Shown one piece after another: positions 48,905-58,691 of a DNA stretch of 64,000 nucleotides. This DNA comes from Oscillospiraceae bacterium (GTDB lineage: Bacteria > Bacillota > Clostridia > Oscillospirales > Ruminococcaceae): the NCBI GenBank assembly GCA_019424695.1, contig JAHYZA010000009.1, positions 29,085-93,084 on the forward strand, in the 5' to 3' direction. The position numbers were made by a program, and so were the translations under genes. The notes beneath the pieces were generated by a model. That model was not told where the DNA came from. It was given only the letters and a program-made list of their open reading frames with translations, and did not search any database. Every line of letters begins with the position of its first letter. The first letter of the stretch is position 1.

Positions 48905-49807
48905 ATGAAAATTTTGATTACCGGGTGCCGCGGTCAGCTGGGCACCGAACTGCAGCATCAGCTGGCAGAGGAAGGCTGTGTGCTGGGTCCTCTGCCGGAG
49001 CGGCTGCGCAAAGCCACGGTTATCCCTGTGGATGTGGACGAACTGGATATTACCGACCGGGAGGCGACGATCAACTACATCCGTCGTCACCAGCCGGACA
49101 CCGTCATCAACTGTGCGGCGTTCACCAACGTCAACGGCTGCGAAACTTCCCGGGATGCAGCTTTCGCCGTCAACGCGATCGGTCCGCGCAACCTGGCGCT
49201 GGCCTGTGACAAGGTCAATGCCCGTCTGATCCATGTGTCTACCGACTATGTGTTCTCTGGGGCTCCCACCGGAGGTGTCGCTCTGGATGAATGTGTGCTG
49301 CCCGCGCCGATCTCAGCCTATGGCCAGACCAAGCTGCTGGGTGAGCAGTATGTGGAGCGTTTCTGCCGCCGCCACATCATTGTGCGCACGGCCTGGCTTT
49401 ACAGCTACTACGGCAAAAACTTCGTCAAGACAATGGTCAATCTGGGCAAGACCCATGAAAAGATCACCGTTGTCAACGACCAGCTGGGCAATCCTACCAA
49501 CGCGGTGGACCTGGCCTATCATATCCTGAAGCTGGCGGTCAGCCATGACTACGGCGTCTATCACTGCACCGGCAACGGCATCTGCAGCTGGGCGGATTTT
49601 GCTTCCGCCATCATGCAGGGGGCCGGACTCAACTGCAAGGTCATTCCCTGCACGAGTGCCGAGTACGCCGCCGCCCATCCCGAGAGTGCCAACCGCCCGG
49701 CCTGGAGTGCCCTGGACAACCGGATGCTCCGCTGCACTGTGGGCGATGGAATGCGCGACTGGCAGGATGCGCTGAAGGACTTTTTTGCAAACTGGAACGG
49801 AGAATGA
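48905..49807 (+). CDS. rmlD: dTDP-4-dehydrorhamnose reductase
   Basis: 'TGCRGQLG', 'STDYVF', YxxxK 'YGQTK', 'VNDQLGNPT'. Confidence 0.95.
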   Translation: MKILITGCRGQLGTELQHQLAEEGCVLGPLPERLRKATVIPVDVDELDITDREATINYIRRHQPDTVINCAAFTNVNGCETSRDAAFAVNAIGPRNLALACDKVNARLIHVSTDYVFSGAPTGGVALDECVLPAPISAYGQTKLLGEQYVERFCRRHIIVRTAWLYSYYGKNFVKTMVNLGKTHEKITVVNDQLGNPTNAVDLAYHILKLAVSHDYGVYHCTGNGICSWADFASAIMQGAGLNCKVIPCTSAEYAAAHPESANRPAWSALDNRMLRCTVGDGMRDWQDALKDFFANWNGE

Positions 49808-49814
49808 TCATCTT

Positions 49815-50879
49815 ATGAAAACGTATCTTGTCACCGGCTGTGCCGGTTTTATCGGTTCCAACTTCGTCCACTACATGCTGGACAAGTATGAGGACATCCG
49901 CCTGATCAACCTGGATAAGCTGACCTACGCTGGCAACCTGGAAAATCTGCAGGACATCGAGGACGATGCCCGCCATATTTTCGTGCAGGGCGATATCTGC
50001 GACAAGGCACTGGTCACCGATCTGATCGCCAAGTACGATCCCGACTATGTCATCAACTTCGCGGCGGAGAGCCACGTGGACCGCAGCATCAAGAACCCCG
50101 AGATTTTCGTCGAGAGCAACGTGCTGGGCACCGTCAACCTGCTGCAGTGCTGCAAGGATGCCTGGTATGACGCCGAGGCAAAGACCTGGAAAGAGGGCAA
50201 GAAGTACCTGCAGGTTTCCACTGACGAGGTCTACGGTGCGCTGGGTGCTGAAGGCTATTTCATGGAGACTACGCCGCTGTGCCCCCACAGCCCGTATTCC
50301 GCCAGCAAGGCCAGCGCCGATATGTTCGTCAAGGCGTTCCATGACACCTACGGTATGCCCATGAACATCACCCGCTGCTCCAACAACTACGGCCCCTACC
50401 AGTTCCCTGAGAAGCTGATTCCGCTGCTCATCAACAACGCCAAGCAGCACAAACAGCTGCCAGTCTACGGTGACGGCATGCAGATCCGCGACTGGCTGTA
50501 CGTTATGGACCACTGCAAGGCCATCGATATGGTCGCCAACGGCGGCAAGGACGGCGAGGTCTACAACGTGGGCGGCCACAACGAGCGCCCCAACATCTTC
50601 ATCGTCAAGACGGTCATCGCCCAGCTGCATGACCGCCTGAAGGACGAGGGAATCAGTGAGGAGCTCATCACCCATGTGGCGGACCGTCTGGGCCATGACC
50701 GCCGCTACGGCATCGACCCCACCAAGATCAAGGAAGATCTGGGCTGGTATCCCGAAACGCCGTTTGAAAAGGGCATCGTGCTGACCATCGACTGGTATCT
50801 GGCTCACCCGGAGTGGATGAGCCATGTCACCAGCGGTGACTACCAGAAGTACTACGAGCAGATGTACAAGAACAAGTGA
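49815..50879 (+). CDS. rmlB: dTDP-glucose 4,6-dehydratase
   Basis: 'TGCAGFIGS', 'DKLTYAGN', 'AAESHVDRSI', 'STDEVYG', 'YSASK', 'NNYGPYQFPEKLIP'. Confidence 0.97.
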   Translation: MKTYLVTGCAGFIGSNFVHYMLDKYEDIRLINLDKLTYAGNLENLQDIEDDARHIFVQGDICDKALVTDLIAKYDPDYVINFAAESHVDRSIKNPEIFVESNVLGTVNLLQCCKDAWYDAEAKTWKEGKKYLQVSTDEVYGALGAEGYFMETTPLCPHSPYSASKASADMFVKAFHDTYGMPMNITRCSNNYGPYQFPEKLIPLLINNAKQHKQLPVYGDGMQIRDWLYVMDHCKAIDMVANGGKDGEVYNVGGHNERPNIFIVKTVIAQLHDRLKDEGISEELITHVADRLGHDRRYGIDPTKIKEDLGWYPETPFEKGIVLTIDWYLAHPEWMSHVTSGDYQKYYEQMYKNK

Positions 50880-50946
50880 TTTCTTGTTCTGCACAGAACG
50901 TACCGGGCTGTTGCCCGCAGATCTTTTAGGAGCTTCATAATCCACA

Positions 50947-51921
50947 ATGGCAAATTACAGAGAAGAACAAATCCGCAACAGCCGCCGCCTGGCCCGTCAG
51001 ATTCTGGGGGGCGTGTCGCTGCTGCTGGCACTGATCGGGTTGTTTACCGTGCTGGGGTGGGTCGTCAGTGCGCTGCGCAATGCGTTGGATGATTCCGGCC
51101 GGCGAGCGTCCTACGCGGACCTGTTGTACGGTATGGTGATGCTGGACCCGCTGCCCTTTGACGATGTGAACAGCGTCGACCCGGGCGTGTTCAAGCAGGC
51201 TGCGATCTGGGGCACCGTGTACGAGATCCAGAAGGACGGCGGCAGCCTGGACCAGTACGAACGCGATCCCGACACCGGTTCGGCCATGATCCCCAAGCTG
51301 GAGATCGACACTTACATCTCCAACCTGCTGGGACCGGATTATCCGATCACCGATGGCAGCTTCAGCACCGATGAATTCGTGTACCAGTACAATGAAGAAA
51401 AGCAGTGCTATCTGGTGCCCGTCACCAGTTCGGTGGCGCAGTATACGCCGGAAGTGGAAAAAATCTCCACGTCCAACGGCAAGATGTATGTGACAGTGGG
51501 CTATATTCCCACCACAAGCAACAGCGCCAGCGGCGAACTTTCTCTGACGGCACCGACGGACCCCATCAAATATATGGACTATGTGTTCGTCCGCGGCGAA
51601 AACCGCCAGTGGTATCTCACCGGGCTGCAGGAAAGTGAGATGAAGGTCGAGGCCACGCCGGAACCGTCTCCCACCGCAGCGGTGACCCAGGACACCCAGT
51701 CTATGGTGGAAAGCCAGCTGAATGCAGCCATGACCGATGCGGCCAGCAGTACGGCCGGAGAGGAACCTGTGGAACCGACGGAGCCGACGGAAAGTACGGA
51801 AGAGCCTGCGGAGTCCACCGAAGGTTCGGAAGAATCTACCGACAGCGCTGCATCGGAGTCCACGGACGCGGCTTCGGAATCGGAAAGCGATACACAAGAT
51901 TCCACGGATGCCGTGGGTTGA
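50947..51921 (+). CDS. Membrane-anchored extracellular protein of unknown function with acidic S/T/E tail
   Basis: Basic N-terminus, one TM, a folded region and a low-complexity acidic tail; AGGAG RBS and terminator. Confidence 0.8.
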   Translation: MANYREEQIRNSRRLARQILGGVSLLLALIGLFTVLGWVVSALRNALDDSGRRASYADLLYGMVMLDPLPFDDVNSVDPGVFKQAAIWGTVYEIQKDGGSLDQYERDPDTGSAMIPKLEIDTYISNLLGPDYPITDGSFSTDEFVYQYNEEKQCYLVPVTSSVAQYTPEVEKISTSNGKMYVTVGYIPTTSNSASGELSLTAPTDPIKYMDYVFVRGENRQWYLTGLQESEMKVEATPEPSPTAAVTQDTQSMVESQLNAAMTDAASSTAGEEPVEPTEPTESTEEPAESTEGSEESTDSAASESTDAASESESDTQDSTDAVG

Positions 51922-51932
51922 TATTTCAACGG

Positions 51933-51969
51933 AAAACGTCTCCGCACTAGGGTGCGGGGGCGTTTTTTT
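51933..51969 (+). terminator. Intrinsic terminator
   Basis: cgtctccgcac-tagg-gtgcgggggcg-ttttttt. Confidence 0.85.
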
Positions 51970-52043
51970 GTGCAAAAAACAGATGCAATCCCAAGGTAAT
52001 TATGATATAATCAAACCATATATACATAAAGAGGTGTATCACT

Positions 52044-52523
52044 ATGGAAGAATTGCTGCGCATCCTGGAGAAGAATGCCCGCATGCCCATCGAGGACATT
52101 GCGGCGATGCTGGACAAAACGCCGGAAGAAGTGGCGGCCATGATGGACGAGGCGGCCGCCAAGGGATATATCCGCGGGTATGAAACGCTGGTGGACTGGG
52201 AACAGGCCGGCGTCAACCTGGTAGAGGCGGTGATCGAGCTGCGGGTCACGCCGCACAAGTCCCGCGGGTTTGATGATATCGGTACCGTCATTGCAGGTTT
52301 TGATGAGGTGGACACTGTACTGCTGATGAGCGGCAGCTATGACCTGCAGGTCATCATCAAGGGGCGCAGCTTCCAGGAGATCGCGCTCTTTGTCGCCAAG
52401 CGTCTGTCGCCGCTGGATGATGTGATCTCCACGGCAACGAGCTTTGTGCTGCGTGCCTATAAGCGGGGTGGCCGCCTGTACCAGGCCGAGGAGACCGACG
52501 AAAGAGAGTGGACGATGCTGTGA
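52044..52523 (+). CDS. Lrp/AsnC-family transcriptional regulator
   Basis: N-terminal HTH 'LEKNARMPIEDIA' and RAM domain 'LMSGSYDL'; coupled to the aminotransferase. Confidence 0.92.
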   Translation: MEELLRILEKNARMPIEDIAAMLDKTPEEVAAMMDEAAAKGYIRGYETLVDWEQAGVNLVEAVIELRVTPHKSRGFDDIGTVIAGFDEVDTVLLMSGSYDLQVIIKGRSFQEIALFVAKRLSPLDDVISTATSFVLRAYKRGGRLYQAEETDEREWTML

Positions 52524-53704
52524 TGAATTATAACGAACTGCTTGCGCCTGCCGCCAAGGCGATGCGGCCGTCCGGCATCCGCAAGTTCTTTGACCTGGCC
52601 AGCGACATGCCCCACTGCATTTCGCTGGGCGTGGGCGAACCGGATTTCAAGACACCCTGGAGCGTCCGGGATGCCGGCATCCGCAGCCTGGAACAGGGAA
52701 AAACCAAGTACACCGCCAATGCGGGCCTGAAGGAGCTGCGTGCTGAGATCTGCCGGTACCTGGAACGCCGGTTCGATCTGAAATACGACGTGCCCCAGGT
52801 TCTGGTCACGGTGGGGGGCAGCGAGGCCATCGACCTGGCCATCCGGGCGCTTGTGAAACCCGGCGATGAGGTCATCATCCCGGAGCCCTGCTTTGTCTGT
52901 TATGAACCCATTACCCAGCTCACAGGGGGTGTACCGGTGCATATCGCCACCCGGGCCGAGGATGAGTTCCGCCTGACGGCCGAACAGCTCAAGGCAGCCA
53001 TCACGCCGCGTACCAAGCTGGTGATCTTCCCGTATCCCAACAACCCCACGGGTGCTGTGATGAGCGCCAGGGACCTGGAAGAGATTGCCGAAGTGCTGCG
53101 TGATACCAACATCATGGTACTGTCGGATGAGATTTACTCCGAACTGACCTATGGCCTGGACCGCCATGTGTCTTTTGCCTCCATCCCTGGAATGGCGGAA
53201 CGCACCATCGTGGTCAACGGCTTCTCCAAATCCTACGCTATGACGGGCTGGCGCCTTGGCTATGCGGCGGGTCCGGAACCGATCATCCAGATCATGACCA
53301 AGATCCACCAGAGCTGCATCATGAGCGCTCCCACCACCAGCCAGTATGCGGCCATCACGGCACTGCGCCAGTGTGATGACCAGATCGAAATGATGCGCGA
53401 CGAGTACAATCGCCGCCGCCGTTATGTGGTCAAAGCCCTCAACGAGATGGGCCTGACCTGCTTTGAGCCCCGCGGTGCGTTCTATGTGTTCCCCTCCATT
53501 CAGGTCAGCGGCCTGAGCAGCGAGGAGTTTTGCGAGCGCCTGCTGCGGGATAAAGAAGTTGCCATCATTCCCGGTGACGCGTTCGGCGCCTCGGGCGAAG
53601 GCTATGCCCGTATCAGTTACGCCTACAGCGTGGACCATCTGCAGACGGCGATGTACCGTATCCGTGCTTTCCTGCAGGAGAACGGCTGGCTCAAGACCGA
53701 ATAA
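52523..53704 (+). CDS. PLP-dependent class I/II aminotransferase
   Basis: 'SLGVGEPDF', 'PNNPTG', 'SDEIY', PLP-Lys 'GFSKSYAMTGWRLG'. Confidence 0.95.
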   Translation: MNYNELLAPAAKAMRPSGIRKFFDLASDMPHCISLGVGEPDFKTPWSVRDAGIRSLEQGKTKYTANAGLKELRAEICRYLERRFDLKYDVPQVLVTVGGSEAIDLAIRALVKPGDEVIIPEPCFVCYEPITQLTGGVPVHIATRAEDEFRLTAEQLKAAITPRTKLVIFPYPNNPTGAVMSARDLEEIAEVLRDTNIMVLSDEIYSELTYGLDRHVSFASIPGMAERTIVVNGFSKSYAMTGWRLGYAAGPEPIIQIMTKIHQSCIMSAPTTSQYAAITALRQCDDQIEMMRDEYNRRRRYVVKALNEMGLTCFEPRGAFYVFPSIQVSGLSSEEFCERLLRDKEVAIIPGDAFGASGEGYARISYAYSVDHLQTAMYRIRAFLQENGWLKTE

Positions 53705-53736
53705 GGCCCATTACAACAAACAGGAAAGGGACCCGT

Positions 53737-54627
53737 ATGCTCAAAAAATCCGTAACGGTGCTGGCGCCGGCCAAGCTGAATCTTTCGCTGGATGTGGTCG
53801 GTACACTGCCCAACGGCTACCATGATCTCGATATGGTCATGCAGACCATCGACCTGTATGAAAAAATCACGCTGCGCCGTAGCGAGGGGCTGACTCTCAC
53901 GCTGCCCGGCAGTTTTGTGCCGGTCAACGATAAAAACACCGCCATCAAGGCGGCGGTGGCGTTTTTCCAATATACCGGACTGCTGGCGGGCGTCGATATG
54001 ACCATTTATAAGCGGGTGCCGGTGCGCGCGGGTATGGCCGGCGGCAGTGCCGACGCCGCCGGCGTGCTGGTGGGACTCAACGACCTGTACGATGCCAGAC
54101 TTTCCATGAGTGAACTCTGCGCTCTCGGCGCAGGCATCGGCGCCGATGTGCCCTTCGCGCTGCTGGGCGGTACCTGTCGCGTGCGCGGTGTAGGGGATCT
54201 GATGAAAGCCCTGCCGCCCTGCCCGGACTGCTGGTTTGTGGTGGCGATGCCCAGCGTGGGGGTCTCCACACCAGAAGCCTTTGCCCGCTACGATACCATG
54301 GGCAGCCCGGTGCATCCCGACTGCGAAGCCCAGGAACAGGCAGTGCGGGCCGGCGACCTGGCCGCTGTCTGTGCGGCAGCCGGCAACGCGCTGGAGCACT
54401 GCTCCGGTGCTGAGGAAACCCCGGCCATCTGCAACGTTTTGCGGGAACATGGCGCACTGACAGCCCAGATGACCGGCAGCGGTGCAGCCGTATTCGGCGT
54501 CTTTGACGACGAGGAAAAAGCCCGCGGGGCACTGGCTGCCCTCAAACCCGGCTATAAGCAGGCGTATCTTTGCCGTCCCACCCACGGCGGCCCGCGGGTC
54601 ACCGTGCGCCGCCCCATGAAAAAATAA
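53737..54627 (+). CDS. ispE: 4-diphosphocytidyl-2-C-methyl-D-erythritol kinase
   Basis: 'APAKLNL', 'GYH', 'AGMAGGSADAA', 'GADVPF', 'MTGSG'. Confidence 0.95.
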   Translation: MLKKSVTVLAPAKLNLSLDVVGTLPNGYHDLDMVMQTIDLYEKITLRRSEGLTLTLPGSFVPVNDKNTAIKAAVAFFQYTGLLAGVDMTIYKRVPVRAGMAGGSADAAGVLVGLNDLYDARLSMSELCALGAGIGADVPFALLGGTCRVRGVGDLMKALPPCPDCWFVVAMPSVGVSTPEAFARYDTMGSPVHPDCEAQEQAVRAGDLAAVCAAAGNALEHCSGAEETPAICNVLREHGALTAQMTGSGAAVFGVFDDEEKARGALAALKPGYKQAYLCRPTHGGPRVTVRRPMKK

Positions 54628-54636
54628 GGCCCGCCT

Positions 54637-54666
54637 GTTTGCGGCATTTCTTCGCTGTCCATACTC
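54637..54666 (+). promoter_or_regulatory. Candidate sigma-F promoter of spoIIR
   Basis: GTTTG-15 bp-GTCCATACT resembles the sigma-F consensus (GYWTA-15-GgnnAnAnT). Confidence 0.5.
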
Positions 54667-54687
54667 CCGGTGAAGGGAGCGATGAAG

Positions 54688-55266
54688 ATGAGCCGCAAAC
54701 GATGGGTACTGGAACTGGGCGTGGGGCTCGGGTTCCTGCTGACTGTGGTACTTACGCTGGCTATGGGCTGGCGGCAAACGGTGGCGGCACAGGTGCGGGC
54801 CGATACGATCCGCCTGCATGTGCTGGCCAACAGCGATACGATCGAGGATCAGCTGCTCAAGCTGAAAGTCCGGGACGCCATTCTGACGGCGCTGCCCGCT
54901 GCGGTGACGGCGGCCGAAACGCCTTCACAGGCGACCCGTGCGCTGCAGAATGCCCTGCCCGCGCTGCAGGCAGCAGCCAACCAGGCGCTGCTGCAGGCGC
55001 ACAGCGGCCAGACGGCAACGGTGCGCCTGGAAGAATTTGCCTTTGAGGCCCGGGACTATGGCAGTTTTGCGCTGCCCGGCGGCACCTACACCGCACTGCG
55101 CGTGGAGGTGGGCGCGGCCCGGGGGCATAACTGGTTTTGTGTGCTCTATCCGGCGCTGTGCGTGTCGGGGGCAACGGCTGAATACCCCACCCAGGCCGAA
55201 AATGCCCTGGTATTTGGTCAATACGAAGTGCGCTTTGCACTGCTGGACGCCCTGAAAGGCCGGTAA
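54688..55266 (+). CDS. spoIIR: Stage II sporulation protein R
   Basis: 'IRLHVLANSD...DQ.LKLKVRD', 'LPGGTY.ALRV..G.A.G.NWFCVLYP.LC'. Confidence 0.93.
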   Translation: MSRKRWVLELGVGLGFLLTVVLTLAMGWRQTVAAQVRADTIRLHVLANSDTIEDQLLKLKVRDAILTALPAAVTAAETPSQATRALQNALPALQAAANQALLQAHSGQTATVRLEEFAFEARDYGSFALPGGTYTALRVEVGAARGHNWFCVLYPALCVSGATAEYPTQAENALVFGQYEVRFALLDALKGR

Positions 55267-55275
55267 AGCGCTGCC

Positions 55276-55319
55276 AAGAGGGAAAAGGGACCCAAGGGTT
55301 TCTCGGTTTCCCTCTTTTT
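55276..55319 (+). terminator. Probable terminator
   Basis: agagggaaa...tttccctct with inner stem gggaccc/gggtttc, followed by tttt. Confidence 0.6.
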
Positions 55320-55346
55320 CTGTACAACGGGAAAGGATTTCTCTTT

Positions 55347-58300
55347 ATGCTGCAACTACTTCTGGGGCCTTCCGGCAGCGGCAAATCCCGCCGCATGCTG
55401 GCGGAACTGCGCACCCGCGCCGAGCGGGGGGAGCGCAGCCTGCTCATTGTGCCGGAACAGTTCACCTCCTCCACCGAGGGACAGCTGTACCATACGTTGG
55501 GCGACACCCTTTCGGCGTATGTGGAAAGCTATTCCTTCACTTCGCTGGCGGAAACGCTGCTGCGCCATTACGGCGGCGCGGCGGTGCAGACGCTGGACGA
55601 AGCCGGCCGTGCCTTGCTGGTGCGCCGGGCGGTGGATTCGCTGCTGGACCAGGTGGTGTATTATAACCGGCAGCGGCGTTCGGCGGCTTTCTGTGAGAAG
55701 GCGGCTCAGACCATCGAGGAATTGAAAAGTGCGGGTGTCACGCCCCAGGCACTGGCGGACTATGCCTGTGCGCCGGGGGCGGACCGGGACAAGCTGCAGG
55801 AACTTTCGCTGATCTACGGCGCCTACGAAGGGCTGCTCTCCGAGAGTGCCATGGACCCCGGTGACCGCCAGCAGCTGGCGGCGCAGTACCTGGATGCGGC
55901 GTTTTTTGCCGGGCGTGCGGTGTATATCGATGAGTTTGATACCTTCAACGCCCCCAAACGGGCATTGCTGGCGGCCATGCTGCCGGTGGCCGATGTGACG
56001 GTCTGCCTGTGCTGCGACGGCCCCGAGGACCGCGATGGCGGCATGGGACTGTTCAGCGGTGCCAAGGCGGTGGCCAACAGCCTGCGCCGGATGGCATCGG
56101 ATGCCGGTGTGCCGGTACATACCGAAACACTGACTGAGGACCGGCGCCACGCTGATGCGCCGGTACTGGCGGAACTGAATCTGCTGCTGGCCGACCCCAC
56201 GTATACCCCCGATTCCACGGTGGACCCGGCGCATCCGGCTATCGTCTGCCACGGGGCAGCCAGCCGCCAGGCGGAAGCCAAAGCGGTGGCGGCGGAGATC
56301 GCTGCCCGTGCCCGGGCCGGGATGCCCTACCACCGCATGGCGGTCATCTGCCGCGATGCCGCCCAATATCTGGGGCCGCTGCGGTACGAATTCCGTTTGC
56401 AGAATATCCCGTTGTTCTGTGATGAAGCCACCACGCCGGAAAACACCGCTCCGGCCCGGGCCGTTCATGCGGCGCTGGACCTGGCGCGTGGCGGCATTTC
56501 CAGCCGCACGGTGCTGCGTCTTCTCAAGACAGGGCTGGTGAATCTGCCGGAACAGCAGCAGACGGCGCTGGAAAACTATGCCTACACCTGGTCGCTCAAA
56601 GCGGCGGACTGGCGCGCGCCCTTTACCCGCAGCGCGGCCGGGTACGCAGATATCGAACGGGCCGAGGATGTGCGCACCCGGGAGGATGCCGAAGCCGCCC
56701 GCGCCTTTCTGGCGGAACGAATCCAGAAATTCCTGCCCCGCACCAAAAACGCCGGGGCGGCGGCTTTGACCAAACAAATCTATTTGTTTTTGCAGTCTCT
56801 GGGGGCGGAGGATACTCTCAACACACTGGCGGAAACGCTGCGCAGTCAGGGACGCCTGCCGGAAGCCGACGAAGTTCTGCGGGAATGGAACGTCGTCATG
56901 GGACTGCTCAATCAGCTGGCCCAGCTGCTGGGGGAGGAGATTCTGCCCCCGGCGGATTATGCAGAACTGTTCACGCTGCTGCTGCGTACCACCGATATGG
57001 GGCATATCCCCCAAAGCCTGGACAGTGTGATTCTGACCACGGCAGGCCGCATGCGGCTGCCCGAGACCGACGCGGTGTTTGTGGTCGGCCTGACGGAGGG
57101 GGAGTTCCCCAAAACACCCGGGGATCAGGGACTTCTGACCCACGCCGACCGGGATGCGATGATCCGCCAGGGGGCGGAACTGCCGGACTGTTTTGAAAAC
57201 AAGGTCCTGCGGGAGGGCGTCTGCTTTTATAAGGCGCTGACGGCGGCACGGAAATTCCTGTGGCTGAGCTGGCCCGGTGCCGCCCATGCCCGGGACGATA
57301 CCATAGCCAGCGCGGCACTGGCCCCGGTGCGCAGTCTGCTGCAGGTCCCCTTTGCGGAACCGACGACGGCGGAACTGGGGGCATCCCCGGCAGCTGCCCT
57401 GGACATTCTGGGCATCGTCAGCCAGGAACCCGGCCGGGAGGGGGAGGGCGAAGCGCTGCGTGCCGCCCTGGACGCTGTGGAAAACACGCCCCATGCTGCG
57501 CCTGGCTATGAATCGGTGCGCCGTGCGCGGCAGAATGAGGAAGCCGTCGTCCAAAACACCGGGGAATTGGAAAAGCTGCTGGGGCCCGATCTGCGGGTAA
57601 GTCCCACCCGGTTTGAAAAATACCAGACCTGTCCCTTTGGGTATTTCATGCAGTTTGTGCTGCGGGCCGCACCGCGCCAGAAAGCGGAGCTGGCCCCCAA
57701 CATCAGCGGCACCCTGACCCACTGGGTGCTGGAAAACGCGCTCCGCCGGGAAAAAGAACATTTCAAGGACCTGACCGGGGAGGAGCTGCAGGCGCTGGTG
57801 GACTCTCTGGTGGACGAATACACCCAGGCCAACCTGCCTGGTATTACGGTGCGGATGCAGTATCTGATCCAGCGCATCCGCCGCAATCTGGTGGGGCTTT
57901 TGGACTTTATCCAGCGGGACCTGCGCCAGTCCGGATTCCAGCCGGTGGCGTTTGAATTGCGCATCGACGACCGCCCCGGAGAAGATCCGGACGCCCCCCG
58001 TATTGAACCCGTCGAACTGGAGGATGGCGCTGGCCATACCGTGCGCATTGTGGGTACGGTGGACCGGGTGGACGCCATGCCGCTGGGAGAACGCACCTAT
58101 CTGCGGGTAGTGGATTATAAGACCGGCGGCAAGGACTTCCAGCTCAAGGAAGTATACTGCGGACTGGACTGCCAGATGCTTTTGTATCTGTTCACGCTGG
58201 AACGCAACGCCGGCAAAGAATTCCCGGGGGCCACGGCGGCGGGGGTGGAATATCTTCTGGCGGACCCTGCCCCCGAAAGCGTGCCCCGCGCCGAAGCCGG

Positions 58301-58679
58301 TACGGGTGAGGAGCCGGCAGAGAACAACTATCCCCTCAACGGCCTGCTGCTGGATGAGGAGAGCGTATACCATGCTATGGACCGCCGCTGCACCGGCAAC
58401 TTTGTACCGCTGAATTTCAGTGCCAAAACCGGGAAAGTCACCAACGGCAAAAGCCGCCTGGCGGATGAAAAGAAGCTGGCCCGCATCCGGGAACATCTGG
58501 ACGGGCTGCTGAGACAGATGTCCAAAGATCTCTATGCGGGCAAGATCGACGCCCAGCCGCTGTGCCATGGCGGACGCAGCCCCTGCACTTACTGTGATTT
58601 CCGCATCGCCTGTGCCCATCGGGATGGGGAGAACGAGCGCAAGGTGGAAGTGCCCGCAGATCCCTTTGCCGAAGAATAA
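55347..58679 (+). CDS. addB: ATP-dependent helicase/nuclease subunit B
   Basis: 'GPSGSGKS', 'IVPEQF', PD-(D/E)xK 'GTVDRVD...VVDYKTG', Fe-S Cys 'CPF' and 'CTYCDFRIAC'. Confidence 0.93.
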   Translation: MLQLLLGPSGSGKSRRMLAELRTRAERGERSLLIVPEQFTSSTEGQLYHTLGDTLSAYVESYSFTSLAETLLRHYGGAAVQTLDEAGRALLVRRAVDSLLDQVVYYNRQRRSAAFCEKAAQTIEELKSAGVTPQALADYACAPGADRDKLQELSLIYGAYEGLLSESAMDPGDRQQLAAQYLDAAFFAGRAVYIDEFDTFNAPKRALLAAMLPVADVTVCLCCDGPEDRDGGMGLFSGAKAVANSLRRMASDAGVPVHTETLTEDRRHADAPVLAELNLLLADPTYTPDSTVDPAHPAIVCHGAASRQAEAKAVAAEIAARARAGMPYHRMAVICRDAAQYLGPLRYEFRLQNIPLFCDEATTPENTAPARAVHAALDLARGGISSRTVLRLLKTGLVNLPEQQQTALENYAYTWSLKAADWRAPFTRSAAGYADIERAEDVRTREDAEAARAFLAERIQKFLPRTKNAGAAALTKQIYLFLQSLGAEDTLNTLAETLRSQGRLPEADEVLREWNVVMGLLNQLAQLLGEEILPPADYAELFTLLLRTTDMGHIPQSLDSVILTTAGRMRLPETDAVFVVGLTEGEFPKTPGDQGLLTHADRDAMIRQGAELPDCFENKVLREGVCFYKALTAARKFLWLSWPGAAHARDDTIASAALAPVRSLLQVPFAEPTTAELGASPAAALDILGIVSQEPGREGEGEALRAALDAVENTPHAAPGYESVRRARQNEEAVVQNTGELEKLLGPDLRVSPTRFEKYQTCPFGYFMQFVLRAAPRQKAELAPNISGTLTHWVLENALRREKEHFKDLTGEELQALVDSLVDEYTQANLPGITVRMQYLIQRIRRNLVGLLDFIQRDLRQSGFQPVAFELRIDDRPGEDPDAPRIEPVELEDGAGHTVRIVGTVDRVDAMPLGERTYLRVVDYKTGGKDFQLKEVYCGLDCQMLLYLFTLERNAGKEFPGATAAGVEYLLADPAPESVPRAEAGTGEEPAENNYPLNGLLLDEESVYHAMDRRCTGNFVPLNFSAKTGKVTNGKSRLADEKKLARIREHLDGLLRQMSKDLYAGKIDAQPLCHGGRSPCTYCDFRIACAHRDGENERKVEVPADPFAEE

Positions 58680-58691
58680 AAGGAGAACACT

